Shown here piece after piece: positions 25,871-41,109 of a stretch of DNA of 64,000 bases. Made by a program: the position numbers and the translations under genes. The notes beneath the pieces are model-generated. The model searched no databases. It was given only the letters and a program-made list of their open reading frames with translations, and was not told where the DNA came from. Position 1 is the first letter of the stretch, and each line of letters starts with the position of its first letter. The stretch lies in NCBI RefSeq assembly GCF_964355755.1, contig NC_092671.1, positions 33,056,304 through 33,120,303 on the forward strand, written 5' to 3'. Source of the DNA: Antedon mediterranea (taxonomy: Eukaryota; Animalia; Echinodermata).

Positions 25871-28800
25871 TTCTTGGTAATATTTATATTAGTTTTCAGG
25901 ACTGAACCTTGATCCAGTATGGCCTGGTATCTTACAATAAATATTAACAATTTGTGATTTCTATGTATAGACTTAATTGTTGAATAATTAAGATATACAT
26001 TGATGTGGACTGGATGATGCATACTCCTAACCAAACTCTCAGATCATGACAATCAGTTTATTGCGTTTTAAATAGTAATACTTTTTACTAGTTTACACGT
26101 ATGGCATATGGTATTTTAATATTTACTAACAATTTAGGATTTATAAGACTAATTGTTTTTAAGCGATTTATATCAGTGGATTTGATGTTGCATTTTTCTA
26201 TCCAAACTCGCAGATCATGACAATCAGTTATTGCATTTAGTAATTACTTTTAATTTTTTATCATTTTCAATCACTCAATTCTTACTTTCAGTATCCATAA
26301 TACAAACGAAATACATAATAATATTATTAATCAATATTGGTATTGTTTTATACGTTAATCTACTATACTACATCCAATATACAGTAGTAAGAAGAGCTTA
26401 TTATAAATATCTATATAAAAGTTATCAATATAGCTATCGTTTTGTATTATCAAGAAAATAAATGCTTATTAAAATCATATTGAAAATACGAATTGAAACA
26501 AAAGGAAACATTACAACAATATTGTCACACATTTGAATAATCACTTCACATAAAACATTTTTGCTTTCGTCTATGTAATTAGCAAGAAAGGTTTTGGAAT
26601 AACAAATTTACCTTAAGACACATTAAGCAAACTTTCTGAGGTGAATACGCTTTATTAGACGACTTTCTATCATCAACAATTCTTTTTTACATAAATTGTC
26701 ATTATTATTTGCTAATTTAGTTGTTTTTTACCCTTTTGTTTACAAGAAAAAAGCATGGCATTTCATAATAAACATTTATCCTGGAGGGAGGATCCCATAA
26801 AACTGAGAAAAACAAGTTCTGAGATAGCTTGCTGCTAGGTCAATATCCTTAAAGACAAATAGATTTATCTAAAAAATTCTTTTAAAAAGAGAACTTCAAC
26901 CAGTTTATCAATATTTATTACTTTAATAGGTATTTATTTTTAAATAAAATAATAATGTCATGAATGTGTTTACATGTATGAGAAATTATCAGGCTATGTT
27001 GTTTTTTTATTTAATTTTCAATAATAGTAGTTTTAATTAATTATTAAATTTATTAAATAACAAAAAAGGGATTAATTATCTTATCTTATTTTATATTTCT
27101 GTCTTTACTGCATGACATTTAATTTTTCACTAAGGCATTGATTTCAGTAAATACATTTATATTGTCAAATATTAAACAAATTAAACAGTAGTTTTAGTCA
27201 GACAGTTGAAGGGTAAAACTGGGAACAAATAATTTAGTTACAGTAAGAAAGTACACTATTAGATTTGGATGGAAGTTAAAAAAAAATATAATATAAAAAT
27301 TTGAAAAAAAAAATTAATAAAATATTTGTAAAAATATGTACAGTATTTGCAATTTATTATGTAAAAATATTAAATATATGGTATTCATGACAAATTGACA
27401 AGTAAATCAAGAGAAATTTAAGAGGATTTTGAAAAGTATATTTACTTAAAAGAAAGACAGTTGAAAGACCAGTTTCACGATGAAATATCGTTTATACGAC
27501 ATTCCAACAAGATACTTTAATCATTTGCTGTGTACATACAGATTTAGAATTTATCATAGGGATTTACTTTAAATCCCTTTTAAGCCACTGATAATCCTAA
27601 CTAATCAGGGATAATCGTGTATACCTCCACAAGCTGTGTCACAAAATATGTTCCTTTTTTTTTTAACGTACACCTCTGTTTAGTTCATTGACACTGATGT
27701 TATAAAGCTGTTATCTAATTTGCGATATTTCTTTTTAATGGTTAATGATCAATTACTGTAAATAAATACTAGAGTCAAAAAGAAACTAATGTTTAATTTT
27801 TCTGCTGAGCGGCACAGACGCGTGTGAAATACTATCTACTGTTTGTACATTATAACAGCGTTAACACAAACTTTGTTACTCTATCTTTTCCAAACCATGA
27901 TGACGTACCTTTTAACTCCCCATTTGGTTATGTTAGAACGGCAATATTATTTTGCCAAAAAAAATATATTTTTCAGACTAATGAGAGATCATTATGAATT
28001 TACAAATTAGAGGTGCCCGGGAAACTGCTAGTTCAGGAAAGTTTTGGAAAGCCAAAACCCTAAAAATCAATTTTGATTAAAAATGTATAACAGTAAACCC
28101 TCATTACATTTCATGTTTCTTTAACAGCTGAATTAGACAACACAAGATAAAGATTAGAGTTTTAAAAAGCATCACACTGGGAGTTAACAAATTAAAGGTT
28201 AAATTAAGGTATTTCAGCTAAAGTTGACCACTTTTATGTTATTCCTGAAATACAGTAATTTAATCATTAAAACAAAAAATTACTAAAGGACCTTTAATGA
28301 ATCTACAGTATGAGTTTTTTTCCTATAGCTAAGCTAAAAACCTACCAAAAGTGATCTCAATTTGGAGGCAATACGTCTCATTTAAAAAGAATATGTACAG
28401 TAGTTGTGCGAAGAACAATGTCACAGAAATGATTACTTCACATATTTTTGTCCTCCTCAAATTGATACAGTATATTAATATTTTACAGAATATATGGAAT
28501 TGTTCCGAAACAACAGTTAAGGGGCAAAAGTTAAGAATACACGGATCATAACGGATCTTGTAATCAGAAAAATATGAATTATTACTTTTAGATGATGTAT
28601 ATCATGTCTATTTCTATTCAAAAATTCACAAATTAAAAGCTTCTCATTTCACTGCAAGTACAATACCTTTTGTTGGCGTCTTCATGATTAAAAACATAAA
28701 TTATCATTTTAACAAAGAATCGATCATATTTGTAAAAAAAATAGATATACAGTATAAAAAATCATACAATTCAAAATTGTTGTTGAAAATGTTCTGGTTA

Positions 28801-30647
28801 TACTGTAGATATAAAAAAAAGAAAAAGAAAACATTTAAAAAAACATTGTTTTTAGGCGAGTTTTCTATTTTCAGGGACTCAAATTTTCAGAAAACTGATT
28901 ATGTGTTCATGGTAATTAATTCTATATCTAATGCGTAATTTGTCAAAGTAAGAAAAGTACAGGTTTTAAAAGAAAACAGTAAGTTTTCAGCAATACATGT
29001 AAAACGATAATGTTATAATTAGAATTATCTTGAATATTTGTTAATTTTCAATGTTCATTCTGATTTGAAATAAAAGAAGCATAAGAATGCAAGTTTATTG
29101 TACGCCTAACACACATCACACATTTGTATTCCATTTTTTGTAATATAACATGTGATATAACATTAATTTTTTCAAAATGGTTGCCGACAAATGTTTGTCA
29201 TAATATTATACTTGTGTTTGGTAGATCAGTTTGTTACAAAGTTGGCAGAACTTGCAGTTGCATAGCATATTGTATAATTCACATGCTGTTACACTATGTT
29301 GAAAACTTGCTACTTTATCTGCTCTGTGAGATTAAATATAGTAACCTCTACTTGTTTGGAATACTGTACAGTATGTCAAACATTTTCAGGTTGTAGCCAG
29401 ATTAATGACTATGCGATGATGATTATTACTAATCGCTTGATTGAGTTTTCATCAAATTGATTTAATTAAAAATATAAACTTTCCATTTCCCAATGGATAA
29501 TCTCACTTCAAACAAAGTGTGATGGGTGTAATTACTTAAGCCGAAATTTCTGGGAAACATATCCCACTTCTCTACTTGCAGGAATTATTGTTTAGAATGA
29601 TAATGGGTATGACAGTTATAAGTATATTATACAGTATCTACTACTTTATGATTTATTGAAGTAAAGCAATGTTCAACCAGTTAATACGCACCTATACAAC
29701 TCGGGCACTCAACTCGACAGCTATAAACTAACACTAAAATATCTGAAAAGGAGGGTAAAACATTTGTGGAGTATCCCCAAATGGGGTCAACATTACTGTA
29801 TATTAGTCTGCGAGATTGTCAGATGTTAGCAAAGATGGACCACACATGATGTCTAACAATTCACAAATAAAAAAAAACAATGATTTATATATCTTACAAA
29901 AAATAATCAGCTTGGGATTTCATAATCCAACTTAAAAAGGAAATGTAAAAGAATGCAATGCATCCATGTTTACGCACTCTTTTCTCCGAGATACAAAGTT
30001 TTATCAGAGTTAATAAACACTTTCAGATCAGCTTAAAATCATGATTATAAACACTAGTGTGTGTGAACAGTCGGCTATAATATTACAATTACCAGCCAGA
30101 ACTGCCGACTTTAGCAACATTCTAATTCCCTATTTCTTCCGCCTGCATGCCTGATTCTAGTGTATTTTTACATATTATCTTAATATTGGTGGGTTTTTTA
30201 TTATCTTTTAAGTACTTGTAAGCATTACACACAATCTGACCATTGGCCACAAGTTGTATATGTATTGCTACATTGCTTTTTTTTAAATAGAGTATAAATA
30301 CAGGATTTTCCTGGTCTTTGATAAATGATACATACTGTATTACAAAATATTTAAATCATACCTGATTAGTAAAATTAGTTGCTATAACTACAGTATAACA
30401 TAGTATCAGCAGAAAGTTCAGGCTTTGTTTTTTCTAATTAATACTTTAAAAAAAATATCTACTGTATTTGTTATATTTTATAATTTTAAACTTTTAAGAA
30501 ATACATTTTGAGTACTGTATTAACATTTTTTTAATTTTATATCAATGTTTGATTTTTCGGATAAAGAAAGTTTGTACAGTATGAATGATGCCCTCTATTA
30601 ATATATTGGCTGCAGAACCAAATGTAAAACAGTTAAAAAACACTTAA

Positions 30648-31145
30648 AGACCCCTTCCCTACGTTTTTTAGATCTAATTTAAGATCACAAACTATATTTA
30701 ATGTAAAAATAATACTATATGGTCCTATTATGATAACTTTTTCGTCTTTAAATGGTTAAAAATGTGAAAAATAAGTCGATTCTAATAATTATAATAGTGG
30801 CCCGCTATAAATCCCAAAATGCATTGCGCGCAGATTGATATTTTTGTTTTGAAAATACCGAATTTTCCCCAATTTGTATTGGGAGTCTGGCAAAAATAGA
30901 AAGACAATTAATGCAAAAACTATACAAAGTCAGGCTAGGTATATAGCTAGCGTACTATGTTCGTACATTACCGATGTTTACCAGCTAGGCCTATAAAACT
31001 AAGCCTAGCTGGCTAGGCCTAAAGACCGTCTATGAGAGGTCATTCGCTGCGAGCTACTTTAAGACAAGGAATGACCTGGTTTAATATGTTTTTGTGATAT
31101 ATGTATTATTTTTACAAAACGTCACAAATTGTAGGGAAGGGGTCT
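30648..31145. mobile_element. Non-autonomous Kolobok-like DNA transposon
   Basis: TIR AGACCCCTTCCCTAC / GTAGGGAAGGGGTCT; TTAA TSD at 30644-30647 and 31146-31149; purine-purine terminus. Confidence 0.8.
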
Positions 31146-34100
31146 TTAAAAAATACTACGTGCCGTTTTTCTGCTGTATCTGTTTTTAGCTGCAATGTAA
31201 AAGATTGACCTTGTTGGGTGTAAACACATTTTTTTCATATTTAAAAAACAACTTTACAGTAGATTTGAATCATAAGAAATGGAGAAAACATTTATAAATG
31301 GAGAAAACATTTATAAATGGTCAATAAAATAACAATTTCTTTTTTTATTGCTAAAACCATCTTCCATAAAGTTAACAAGAATTGATGTATTAGTTAAGAT
31401 CCATCTTCATTTGATCTTCTTTTTTTTTTTTAATCACCACAGGCTAGATACTTACTTGCCAGGTGGACTCACCTATGTCTGTAATCAAATACAATCAGTA
31501 CTTTCTAAAGACAAAAATTATGTTCCTGATTTAATATCATAAATATAACAGTGTGTATGATTAACTCTGAGAGCAGATGGTAATAAAGATATTTACTAAT
31601 AATACTCCAAAGACAAAACGTCAAGACATTCTCAACTTTTTTTCCGTTGTGTACCACAAATCTTGTATTGCTAAAGTTATATGTAATTTAACAATGTTAA
31701 AAAAAAGAAGAATCAATGATTTGAACTCAGAATCATAAAATGTTGAGCCAAAGCCTTATATTTTTAACTTGAAGACAAGGCTATGTGTTAGCTGTATCTT
31801 GGAAATAGGCACAGTTAAGCAAGGTAGTCAAGACTAGAGGTAGAGGATCATTTACTGGGAATTGTACTATTCTTAGTTGAGTGCTCATCATGCTGTTGAC
31901 CTATGACATGCAATTATGCTCATCAAGACTGCATCCATAATGGATCCATTACTTTTATATTTATTTCTATTATTTATCCATAAAGCTGACAGATGAAACA
32001 TCCAAGAAAAGAAGAGGCGGTTGCAACATCATTGATGTACAGTATACTGTACTACACTGGTCCCAAGTAACAGAAATCCAGGCCAAGTTTTTAATACCGG
32101 ATCATTTCTGCCTACACTAAGACATGGCACCCTCCTATTGCAGAGCTTTGGATCAAACAACACAAACATAAAAAAACTGGATTCACACACAACAAAATGC
32201 TATAAAAAGGATTTTTTTAATGGAAAAGTGAAATGGTATCAACAGCATTTAGAATGGCATAAGATAGATAACACTAAATTATATTAATAAGGGATTGTAG
32301 TGTGTACCTAAATTCAAATGTGACATGGTTCAGGTTTGTATTACATGTGTTTACACAGATAACACATTAGCCAGATGAAATCAAAGCCAGAACAAGATTT
32401 TACATCCTATTTCAAAGCATGATTCAAGCATATCGGGATCTAGCCACTTACTTCAACGATCTGGGGGCTTTGTCAGTATTCCTGACGCTTATCAGCCGTG
32501 TAAATCCAGGTAACTATTGAATTACCGCCTCGTGCGTATCGTAGAAGCCAAACAGGGATGAGTCAATATTAGCCAATAAGCTTATTCATGCTTCTGATTG
32601 TCGTTGCAGAGATTTTCTTAATTGATCTGGTTTGACTTTGTTTTAACAAAAAGAGAGATGTTAAAAAATCCAATTAATAAAACTGGTTAATGGGTAAGAC
32701 CGCAAAAGGACAACTTAATCATTCCTGAAATCGCATTTTCCTGTATCATTATTAATTGAGAAACCGAATGGAAGTGGTTTTTTGTCTGATTTCCTTTATC
32801 GCGTTATCTGGACAGTATCGATACAGAATCCGTACGCAATCTTTCATTCACATATTGACACCGTGGATCACGTCAAATCCACCGACGGATCACGTCAAAC
32901 CTATTAACTTATCTCCCATAAGGCTATCCTTTACAAATAAGAATCAAAATTATATATTCGATCTTCATCATATTAGACAGTCTCTTCCTATTTGGAATAT
33001 GATGATTTATCATCCTTTCTTGACTGCTGATAGAATCATAAGTTCCTTCAGTAGAAAAAGATCAATACTATCTTGACAAGATAATATTATCACCACCGTC
33101 ATCTTCAGAAAACTAGCCTAGAGGCAGTGAACTTTCATTCATAATTTTCTTTTTAATAAGAATGTTAAAATAGATAATGATGTTTGGTCAAGCATGGTAG
33201 AGAAGTTGATACATTTTTATTACAACGTGTCTCAGTGTATACTTGCCTTCTGATTGCTTAGATTTCTATCACGTGCCGTTCATTATCACAGTTCTAATTA
33301 CTAGTTGAACTATTAAACATTTTCAGCTGCTTGCAAACAAAGACGCTAAGGATTGTTGCATGTTTATAAACCAAAATTCTGTCTTAAGCAAATAACTAGT
33401 TCTTTACCATTGAATGGCCAAACCTCTCAAATAGATTTTAAAACAGATTCAAGATGGAAGTAGGAAATTAAGTGAATAAAAGTTTACTTTTGAATAGTAG
33501 GTAAATGTTTTATTGGGAGAATACTTGATTGGTTGACCGTCCTATTTAAATGTAAAATATTTGGCTTATTTGTGTATTTTATGGTTGATTTTAAAATCAG
33601 TGAAGAAATTTATTTTCTATGTTTTGAAGGGAAAAAAAGTACGCAAATCACTGAGGAAGTAAAACGTAAGTCGCAGGAAATTATAAAAAAAAATGATTTT
33701 AGAATAGATTATTTGACCTTCATAAAAACACAATCACTGCTTCCGTGCAAGTTTCATTTCCTATTCTTCATTTTTCCAGTTTAAATTAATTTTTTTTTCA
33801 TCTCTAAAATGTACATTTCTAAAAACACCATTTCAGAATATCTACTTACAGCACTAAATTCTCCTTTTCACCAATTACAATCGTTTACTCCAACTTTCAT
33901 ATTTCCACTTGACTTTAATTTACCTTTCTAAGACTATCCTCTCTAAAATTTGTTCTTTGGTGTTTCCAGTTTCAATCACCTATTCAGAATATGTTCACTT
34001 TTTCTTTAGTGTTTCCAATATCAATCCCTATTCATTTACTGTATCCTTGTCATAATATTATGTTTCTGATTTCCTGTAGTTATAGATAAAGGATGTTTCA

Positions 34101-35171
34101 GACTAGGTCTGCTTAATTTATGAGCCAATCAGAATAGTATAATTTGGTGGGAAATTTTGGAGGCAACAATTGATCCTCCTTCAGAATCCTCTAATTTGCA
34201 TGTCAAGTATAAGTAGTAAAATGTAATAGATATATTAGTGGAGAAGAGAAAAAAAGATCATAGGAGAAAGACGTATAGAGTATAGAGCAGAAAGGTGTGG
34301 ACTGGCAGAAAGTTGTCTTAATACTGAGTTACAAGAAATACAAGTTTTAGTTGAATACAGTATACTTTTGTATGTGGAATCATTTGGCAGTCAGTGTACG
34401 TTGCGTGAATTAAATACGCCAGAGAACGCATTACGCTCGGAACCAACTCTATAAATTCACTACAATCCTATTAAAATGTATTCAGAATTTGATTTCTCTT
34501 TCTTTAGCTTTTCTAAATTTGAATCACTTCTTTCCATTTTTTTTTATTTCTACTTGACTTTTACTGCACACACCTGACAAAAGGTATTCTATCTTCAATT
34601 GCTATTAATGTAATATTTCTACTCTTTTTCTTTATTAAGATTTCCCCATCTCTTTCTCTTTAAACTGCCCATAAATCTCTATTCCTCACTTCCTGATATC
34701 AAAAAGCATTTTAGCAAATAACAATCTGTCAATCCCTGTAATTATATTCTTCTTTTTTTAAGCTCTAAGAAAATCCTTACGTTAAAAAAATAAATTGCAC
34801 AAAAAGGCGACTTAATCAATTCTTGTAGTACTGTAATTCAAAAAAATAATAATTCAACAACGAACTCTGGAATACTACAGTACTTGGTCAAATGAATGGA
34901 AAGATAAGTTATGGTTTACAATATACAGTATGACATTCTATTTTATTTAGTCGGAAGATTGTGGGTTCCTACTGTAGAGTACGGTAAAAAAAAAATCACC
35001 AACTCATTCTATTTTGTTTCTTTTTTTCTAACAAAAAAAGTAGAAAGCAGAAAATGATTTTTATTCATAAGTTTATACTGTATGAAGTTTTTCTCTCAAT
35101 CTCAAATTATTAAAAAACATTCTAAAGAAAAAAAAATTTCCAACAGCGTAAATTAGTACTGAAACTTTGTA

Positions 35172-35357
35172 CAGTCAACTCTCCCAATACCGGACTCTCT
35201 GAAAACCAGAAACTCTCCCAATACCAGACTTTTTTTGAGGACCAAAAGGTCCCAAATTTATTTTTACCATTAAAAACACATTCCGAATACCAGACTTTCC
35301 GGAAAACCAGACTTATTTGGCCGGCCCAAAGGTGTCCGGTATTGGGAGAGTTGACTG
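35172..35357. mobile_element. Tc1/mariner (pogo/Tigger-type) MITE
   Basis: TIR CAGTCAACTCTCCCAATACCGGAC, TA TSD on both sides. Confidence 0.9.
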
Positions 35358-37240
35358 TATAACGTTTAATCTTTCCTAAATGATTTTAAGTTATCTAAAG
35401 TTAGTTTATATTTATAAATGCAGAATGAAATAAGAATTATTATTTCCTTGAAAGTGGCATCTTTTAACCTTAAGAAAATCTTTGAATGGACAAATTGACA
35501 ATTGGCAAAGGAAAAATTAATATATAAATAGAATTCAAACAAATACATTATTTGAGCATGTCAAGTGGTTATAAAGAATTAATTTTATCTAAATGTCATG
35601 ATTGGCAATAATAATGTTACAATTAATTATTAAGTAATAATAATAAAAATAAACATTAACTTTTATTTAAAAATGTATTATTGATGAAGTTTGATAATAC
35701 CTAATTAATATCTTTTAAATAAATAATGTACTTCATATTATGATTTTAATCCTTTTTCAACTTATTGTCTTAAATGATGTAAATAAGTATTTAAAGGCAC
35801 TGTACTGTAAGAATTACCTATAAAAAAGCTGTACTCTCATTGGTTCAAAGTTGCCCACAGCAGAAATGAGTAAACAAACTAGATACAGTATTTTAAAATA
35901 CTATACTACTGTACTAATTTATTTACTTATGAACAGATGTATTAAATAAAATAACTGTATGGAAAAAAGCAAATAATAGAATTAATCAGAAATCAATCAA
36001 CTATTTCAAACATTACCAAAATGTACAGAAAAAGAACTTACATAGATTACAAATTTTCCAGCGGGACGACAATCACAAACTGATGTTTACTACATTCATC
36101 TCCTGACCTCAATCACAACAAAAATAAAAGCCAACCCTCGGGACAAATGAGGCCACCTACAGCGACAAGACGTTACGAAAAGCCACGCCTATTTTGATAA
36201 AATCCAAGCATCTTAAAAGATCCCAAGATAGATTGTTAACTTCATCCCACTGTGTCCTGTCCTGGCCCTTCTAATTCCTTGCTCAGGCTCTAGTGGTCAT
36301 TAACCTGGTAGAGGTCGAGGAAATTTATGCGATGCATGTATTTGCCTGTCTTACTATGACTGCTAACTATAGGAAAGTGATAGGGAAATGCTTCGCAAAT
36401 ACTCACAGATAAATATCTATTGCAGGCCAATAAAGAGGTTGTAAATTCAGAATTGTAGAAGAAAAAACAGCTTAGTGCTGACACAAAACTAACCATCGAC
36501 GGCTTGACACATTCTGTCATAAAACAACTAGTAATATACGATAGATCTAACCGTGATGATTTGGGCCATATTAGGGTAACTGAGGCCATGATGATGACGC
36601 AAATATAGGAAGAAATTATGCTTGTTTCTCAAGTTATAACCAATTTCCCTAATATATGCAAAATGCATCCTAATATTTCAGTAGGCAGAATGCGTCAATT
36701 TTTATATCAACAAAATCAATTTGTAAAGTGTGATTTTCTTACTGTAAATAAAAAAAAGGATATGAGAATGACCATAATGTACAGTACAGTAATTAATAAT
36801 AAAATGATTAGAAACGTTATCTATCAATCACAAATAATGTCAAATAATAAGTTAAATAACCAATTCTAAATTCATGCAAAATGAATCTAGTTTTTTAAAA
36901 CTCTATACAATTAAACTGCAGAATATAAAAAATAAAATTAATACATTGGTACAGATACATAAAAAAGATGTTAATTGTATTAAATACTATATGCATTCTA
37001 CACCATAAAGCAAATATAAATATCATCAATTAACATATAATATATACTGTACATTAAACACGGAGTACTACATTTAAAACAAACATTTACAATATCATTG
37101 TAAAAATTCAATACAAATAATTATCATTATAATCCGTACTTCAATTATATTTAATGACAACAATTATCAGTGGATATCATCTGGTATTTGGAAAACCATT
37201 ATATTTAATAATAATTTGGTAAAAGTTACCACTAACACTA

Positions 37241-37352
37241 TAGTAAACTCCCCCAATACCGGACACTCTAGGCTGGCCTAATAGGTATTCCAAAAAATTC
37301 TGGTATTCCAAATGTGTTTAGAAATATTTGGGAATTTTGCAAGAGTTTCCTG
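37241..37352. mobile_element. Degenerate copy of the Tc1/pogo MITE
   Basis: AGTAAACTCCCCCAATACCGGACAC ... GAGTTTCCTG|TA. Confidence 0.6.
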
Positions 37353-38807
37353 TATTGATTAAACTTCTGAAGTTACAGTGTTTTAAACAAAAATGTTTAA
37401 TTCCAAACTTGCATTATTTATCCCATATACAAAATACTATCACATATGCATTTATTATAATAAAAAATACTTACATATCTTGGTATCATTATTAACTTTT
37501 AAAACAATTCAATTTTGAATATGCCATGGAAATATATCTTTATATCATGATCATTTTAAAGGTAACAACATTATATAATTAAACTTGTCCTTACACAGCT
37601 TTATTACTGTGTTTAAACATACATTTTGAATCTTAATTTTGAAATTTATCCCGATAATTAAACCAATAATTATAAATAGGCTATAGTATGGAAATATATA
37701 TTCCTTTCTTTGTTCTAATTCATAGTAAACACTTACAGACAGGAAGTTGAGTTGCAAAACCAAATTAAGATTTTGAATTTATTTCCTTATCATTTCCATA
37801 AAATTTTGTCTGCTTAGTATTTAATATTTCTTGTCAGATTATTCATTTCTTTCACTTCTAAATCAATTCAAAAGTAGTTTAAAATAGAATATATTCTTGC
37901 AGGATCGTATTTTGTTTCCAGTTGAAGTTTAGATGCAAGGAATAATTCAATTGCAGTAAAACAAATAATAAGAAGTGCTAAATACAGTATTTAAATACAA
38001 GGGTGATGCAAAATTGTCTATATTTGTTGGAAAAAAAGTGATATTTTGTACTTATTTACTACATAGTGCACTCAATACTGTAATGTTGGCCTATATTTTT
38101 TTCTTTATTGCTTTTCACTCTCACATGTGGACTTACTGTACCACCGAGGCAGACACTGGTTCAATACCATGATTATTATTACATACATTTTCATATAGTA
38201 CAGTAGTATACTCATACTTTAGTTACTATTTAGCACAAAATAAAAGTAAAAAAAAACCTGGGGGTAATATTCAGAATAAAACCAAATCCTACTAGTACTA
38301 TTTCTTCATTATGCCAAAAGCTAATAAAACATAATTAAGTAGTCAACAGGAATTTATAAAAACAATTTCTTTGTCAGGGATACAGTAACACTGGCCCAGC
38401 AAAGGCTCTCTACAGAGACCCTTGGCAGATCGGCATACAAGGAAACAATTCATATACTCTTTTTGAATGAGGATCAGGCAATGCCAGTAAAGTCTTCGCA
38501 AGATGCAGTTACCAAAGAAAAAATTATAATTTAATACTTTGATAAACTGTGACTATAAATATGTTAATTAGGTATTCAATTTTCGGTATTGAGCTACCTG
38601 TGTAAGATCAGCAGATCAAGAGCAACAGGGAAATAACATCACGTTCCTTTGTATTGTTTGGATACAATAATGAACGTGCCAAGTGGATATTATATGTCTG
38701 ATTTTTAAATCTATTGTTACTATCACCACCACCAATTGCCACTTGGCACTTCCTGAATTACAAAACCTAAAGAGATTAATACTTCAATGAAGCTGAAATG
38801 TGAAATA

Positions 38808-38900
38808 CAGTAGTACAGTAGAATGATAGCCAAGTACTGTAGTAGATAGCCACGTACTGTAGTAGATAGCCACGTACTGTAGTAGATAGCCAAGTACTGC
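38808..38900. repeat. 20-bp minisatellite (TACTGTAGTAGATAGCCA(C/A)G), about 4 copies
   Basis: Directly visible tandem array. Confidence 0.85.
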
Positions 38901-40408
38901 AGCTTGTGCTGCACCAGGGGAGATTGTAGTAATAATTGATGAAAGAGAATGCCTTGGAGTCAATACAATAAAAGCAGCGGAGAAGTCCTGGTGGTGGTTG
39001 TGGGAGATTTGAGCCACTGCACACCAAGTACATTTACTGCCACTGCCAGTTTTTGTATACAATACAACTGAAGTGGGAATCGAGATCAGTAGTAAACGCT
39101 GTAGCTTTTAAAAAAAAAGGGAGTTGCCTGAGTAGCTAGGCCAACACCCATGTGTTCACCCATTTGGGCACAATGAGTGACAGCCTAAATTTCTATCATC
39201 CCATCTCAATTTTTGTATTATTTTTCACACAAATTAAATGTTTTCTTTGATAGATAAAAATCACTTTTAAAATAGATGTAATGATATTTCAGTCAGAGAA
39301 GATGGTGGAGTAGATGCGTTGTGTTCTCGGAAGCTCCTGTAAATACAGGCGGCAATTTCCTATCCACCACAGAGTGCTAGATTACTGTACATCTAAAACC
39401 AAACACTTATTCCCCTCAAAAGATTTATTAGGTTTTAAGAGTGGACGGGCGAATGAATACAGTATTAATACTAGACCCACGTCTTTATCTGAGAATATTT
39501 GTGTCCTACTATACCATGAAAGAAGTCAGCCACGAAGCATGCCAATGAATGCTATGGGCTATGACACTCTTGGACATTGACTCATACTTTATTTACAACT
39601 TTTTATTTTTATTTCAACTATATTTTATAGAGGGTAACAAAGGACAAATTAATGCCAGTTAATATTCAGAGGCCCTTTAAACTGACCTCCAGTAGTAATT
39701 CTCTTGTCATCTATCCACTCTACAATACAATATGTACTGTACAGCATCTAAATCCTGCCAGTAGTATTCCGAAAAGTACTGATTATAGCCATTGTCCATT
39801 CCTACATTTCTGTTCGTTCCTATGAAACAACTGATCATTCTATTTACAATCATGTTTATTTAGAACTACTGCCTAATTTCCTCATCACCTGCTAGTAGCT
39901 TTAACATTTAAACTATAATGCCATTTTATACTTACATCAAAAAATATTATTACTTATAATCTTCAATTAGCTATTATCATATGATATAAAAAGATAGAAA
40001 AAAAACACTATCTTTGTTCATCCGCTATTTTTAGAAAATGTGTATAGGGTCTGAACATCATTTTAATAACCATGAGAATAAGATTTAACTTTAATTAATT
40101 GTATTTTGAAAAGTTTCACTATAATAACTGTATAATTGGCATTCTAATTAATAATAAATAACACATTTCATGAAAGAATTTTGTAAGGAAACACAAAATG
40201 TTGTCTGGCAGGCACCCAAATTTGTAGAGCTTTTTTTGTAAAATAAACCTGTAACTATCAATCCCGCGAGTTGAATGATGCGACAACGTAATGATAACAA
40301 TGACAAGAATAAAGCAGCCTGATACTCGCGGTATGATCTTAAGAAACAGAAGAATTTATGTGCCACTGCCAGAAAAAATGTCTATGACTGAACTTTCTCA
40401 GCCAAAAG

Positions 40409-40752
40409 AACAAGGACGAATGTGCGATACTCGGGGAACAGCAAAAGAAGCTGTAATGACGTCATAAGACTGGATGTAACGTCACATACACATAACCTCG
40501 CTACCAAATACGGCTATATGGTACCATCTTCGAGACGTGATATGGCTGCATCCGGTTTGAAATAAAAAAATCCGACTCTATAGCTTTGAGGACATGTCCC
40601 TGTAGTATATTCATGCCAAATCCCAGCTCAATACTACTGTACAACGAATAAGGAAGGAGTAGTACTTTATAAATCGCACTTTTTACTCAATAGTGTCCGG
40701 ATGGAAGAAGAAAAGATGAGAGAGTCCTAGACTCAGGTACCCCGAGTAATAA
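40409..40752. mobile_element. Helentron-associated (HINE/DINE-1-like) non-autonomous element
   Basis: Starts AACAAG; subterminal inverted repeat TACTCGGGG (40428) / CCCCGAGTA (40740); terminal hairpin ACTC...GAGT; no TSD. Confidence 0.5.
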
Positions 40753-40821
40753 AACGAGATATACTCTACCGGTATATCATATTACGTATACAGTATATTT
40801 CACCATAAAGTTTAAGAAAAT

Positions 40822-40894
40822 ACGTTTCGCCAGGGCTCGAACCGGGGACCTTCTGCGTGTTAAGCAGACTTGATAACCACTACACTACGAAACC
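40822..40894 (-). tRNA. tRNA-Val(AAC), possibly a pseudogene
   Basis: GGTTTCGTAGTGTAGTGGTTATCAAGTCTGCTTAACACGCAGAAGGTCCCCGGTTCGAGCCCTGGCGAAACGT: A and B boxes, TCTGC/GCAGA anticodon stem, AAC anticodon, downstream TTTT; single mismatches in acceptor, D and T stems. Confidence 0.8.
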
Positions 40895-41109
40895 TCTTAC
40901 ATAAAAAATGTGGGTTACACAAAGTTTTTTAATTTATTTAAATTACAAATAAATATGGTAATAAGCACAAAGCAAAATATACATGTGTAAAATTGATAAT
41001 TCCAATTACAAAAAATAAGTATTTAAAAAAATAATAAAAATAAGATACAGACTGTATATCATATTGCGTATACTGTACAGTACTTTTCACCATAAAGTTT
41101 ATACAAAAA

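Noticed and set aside
26000-26240. Twin ~65-bp segments 171 bp apart as possible intronic C/D snoRNAs
   Set aside because: No correctly ordered RTGATGA...CTGA pair or terminal stem on the host strand; a simple local duplication
38723-39062. Three overlapping minus-strand ORFs
   Set aside because: Driven by a 20-bp minisatellite; no recognisable protein
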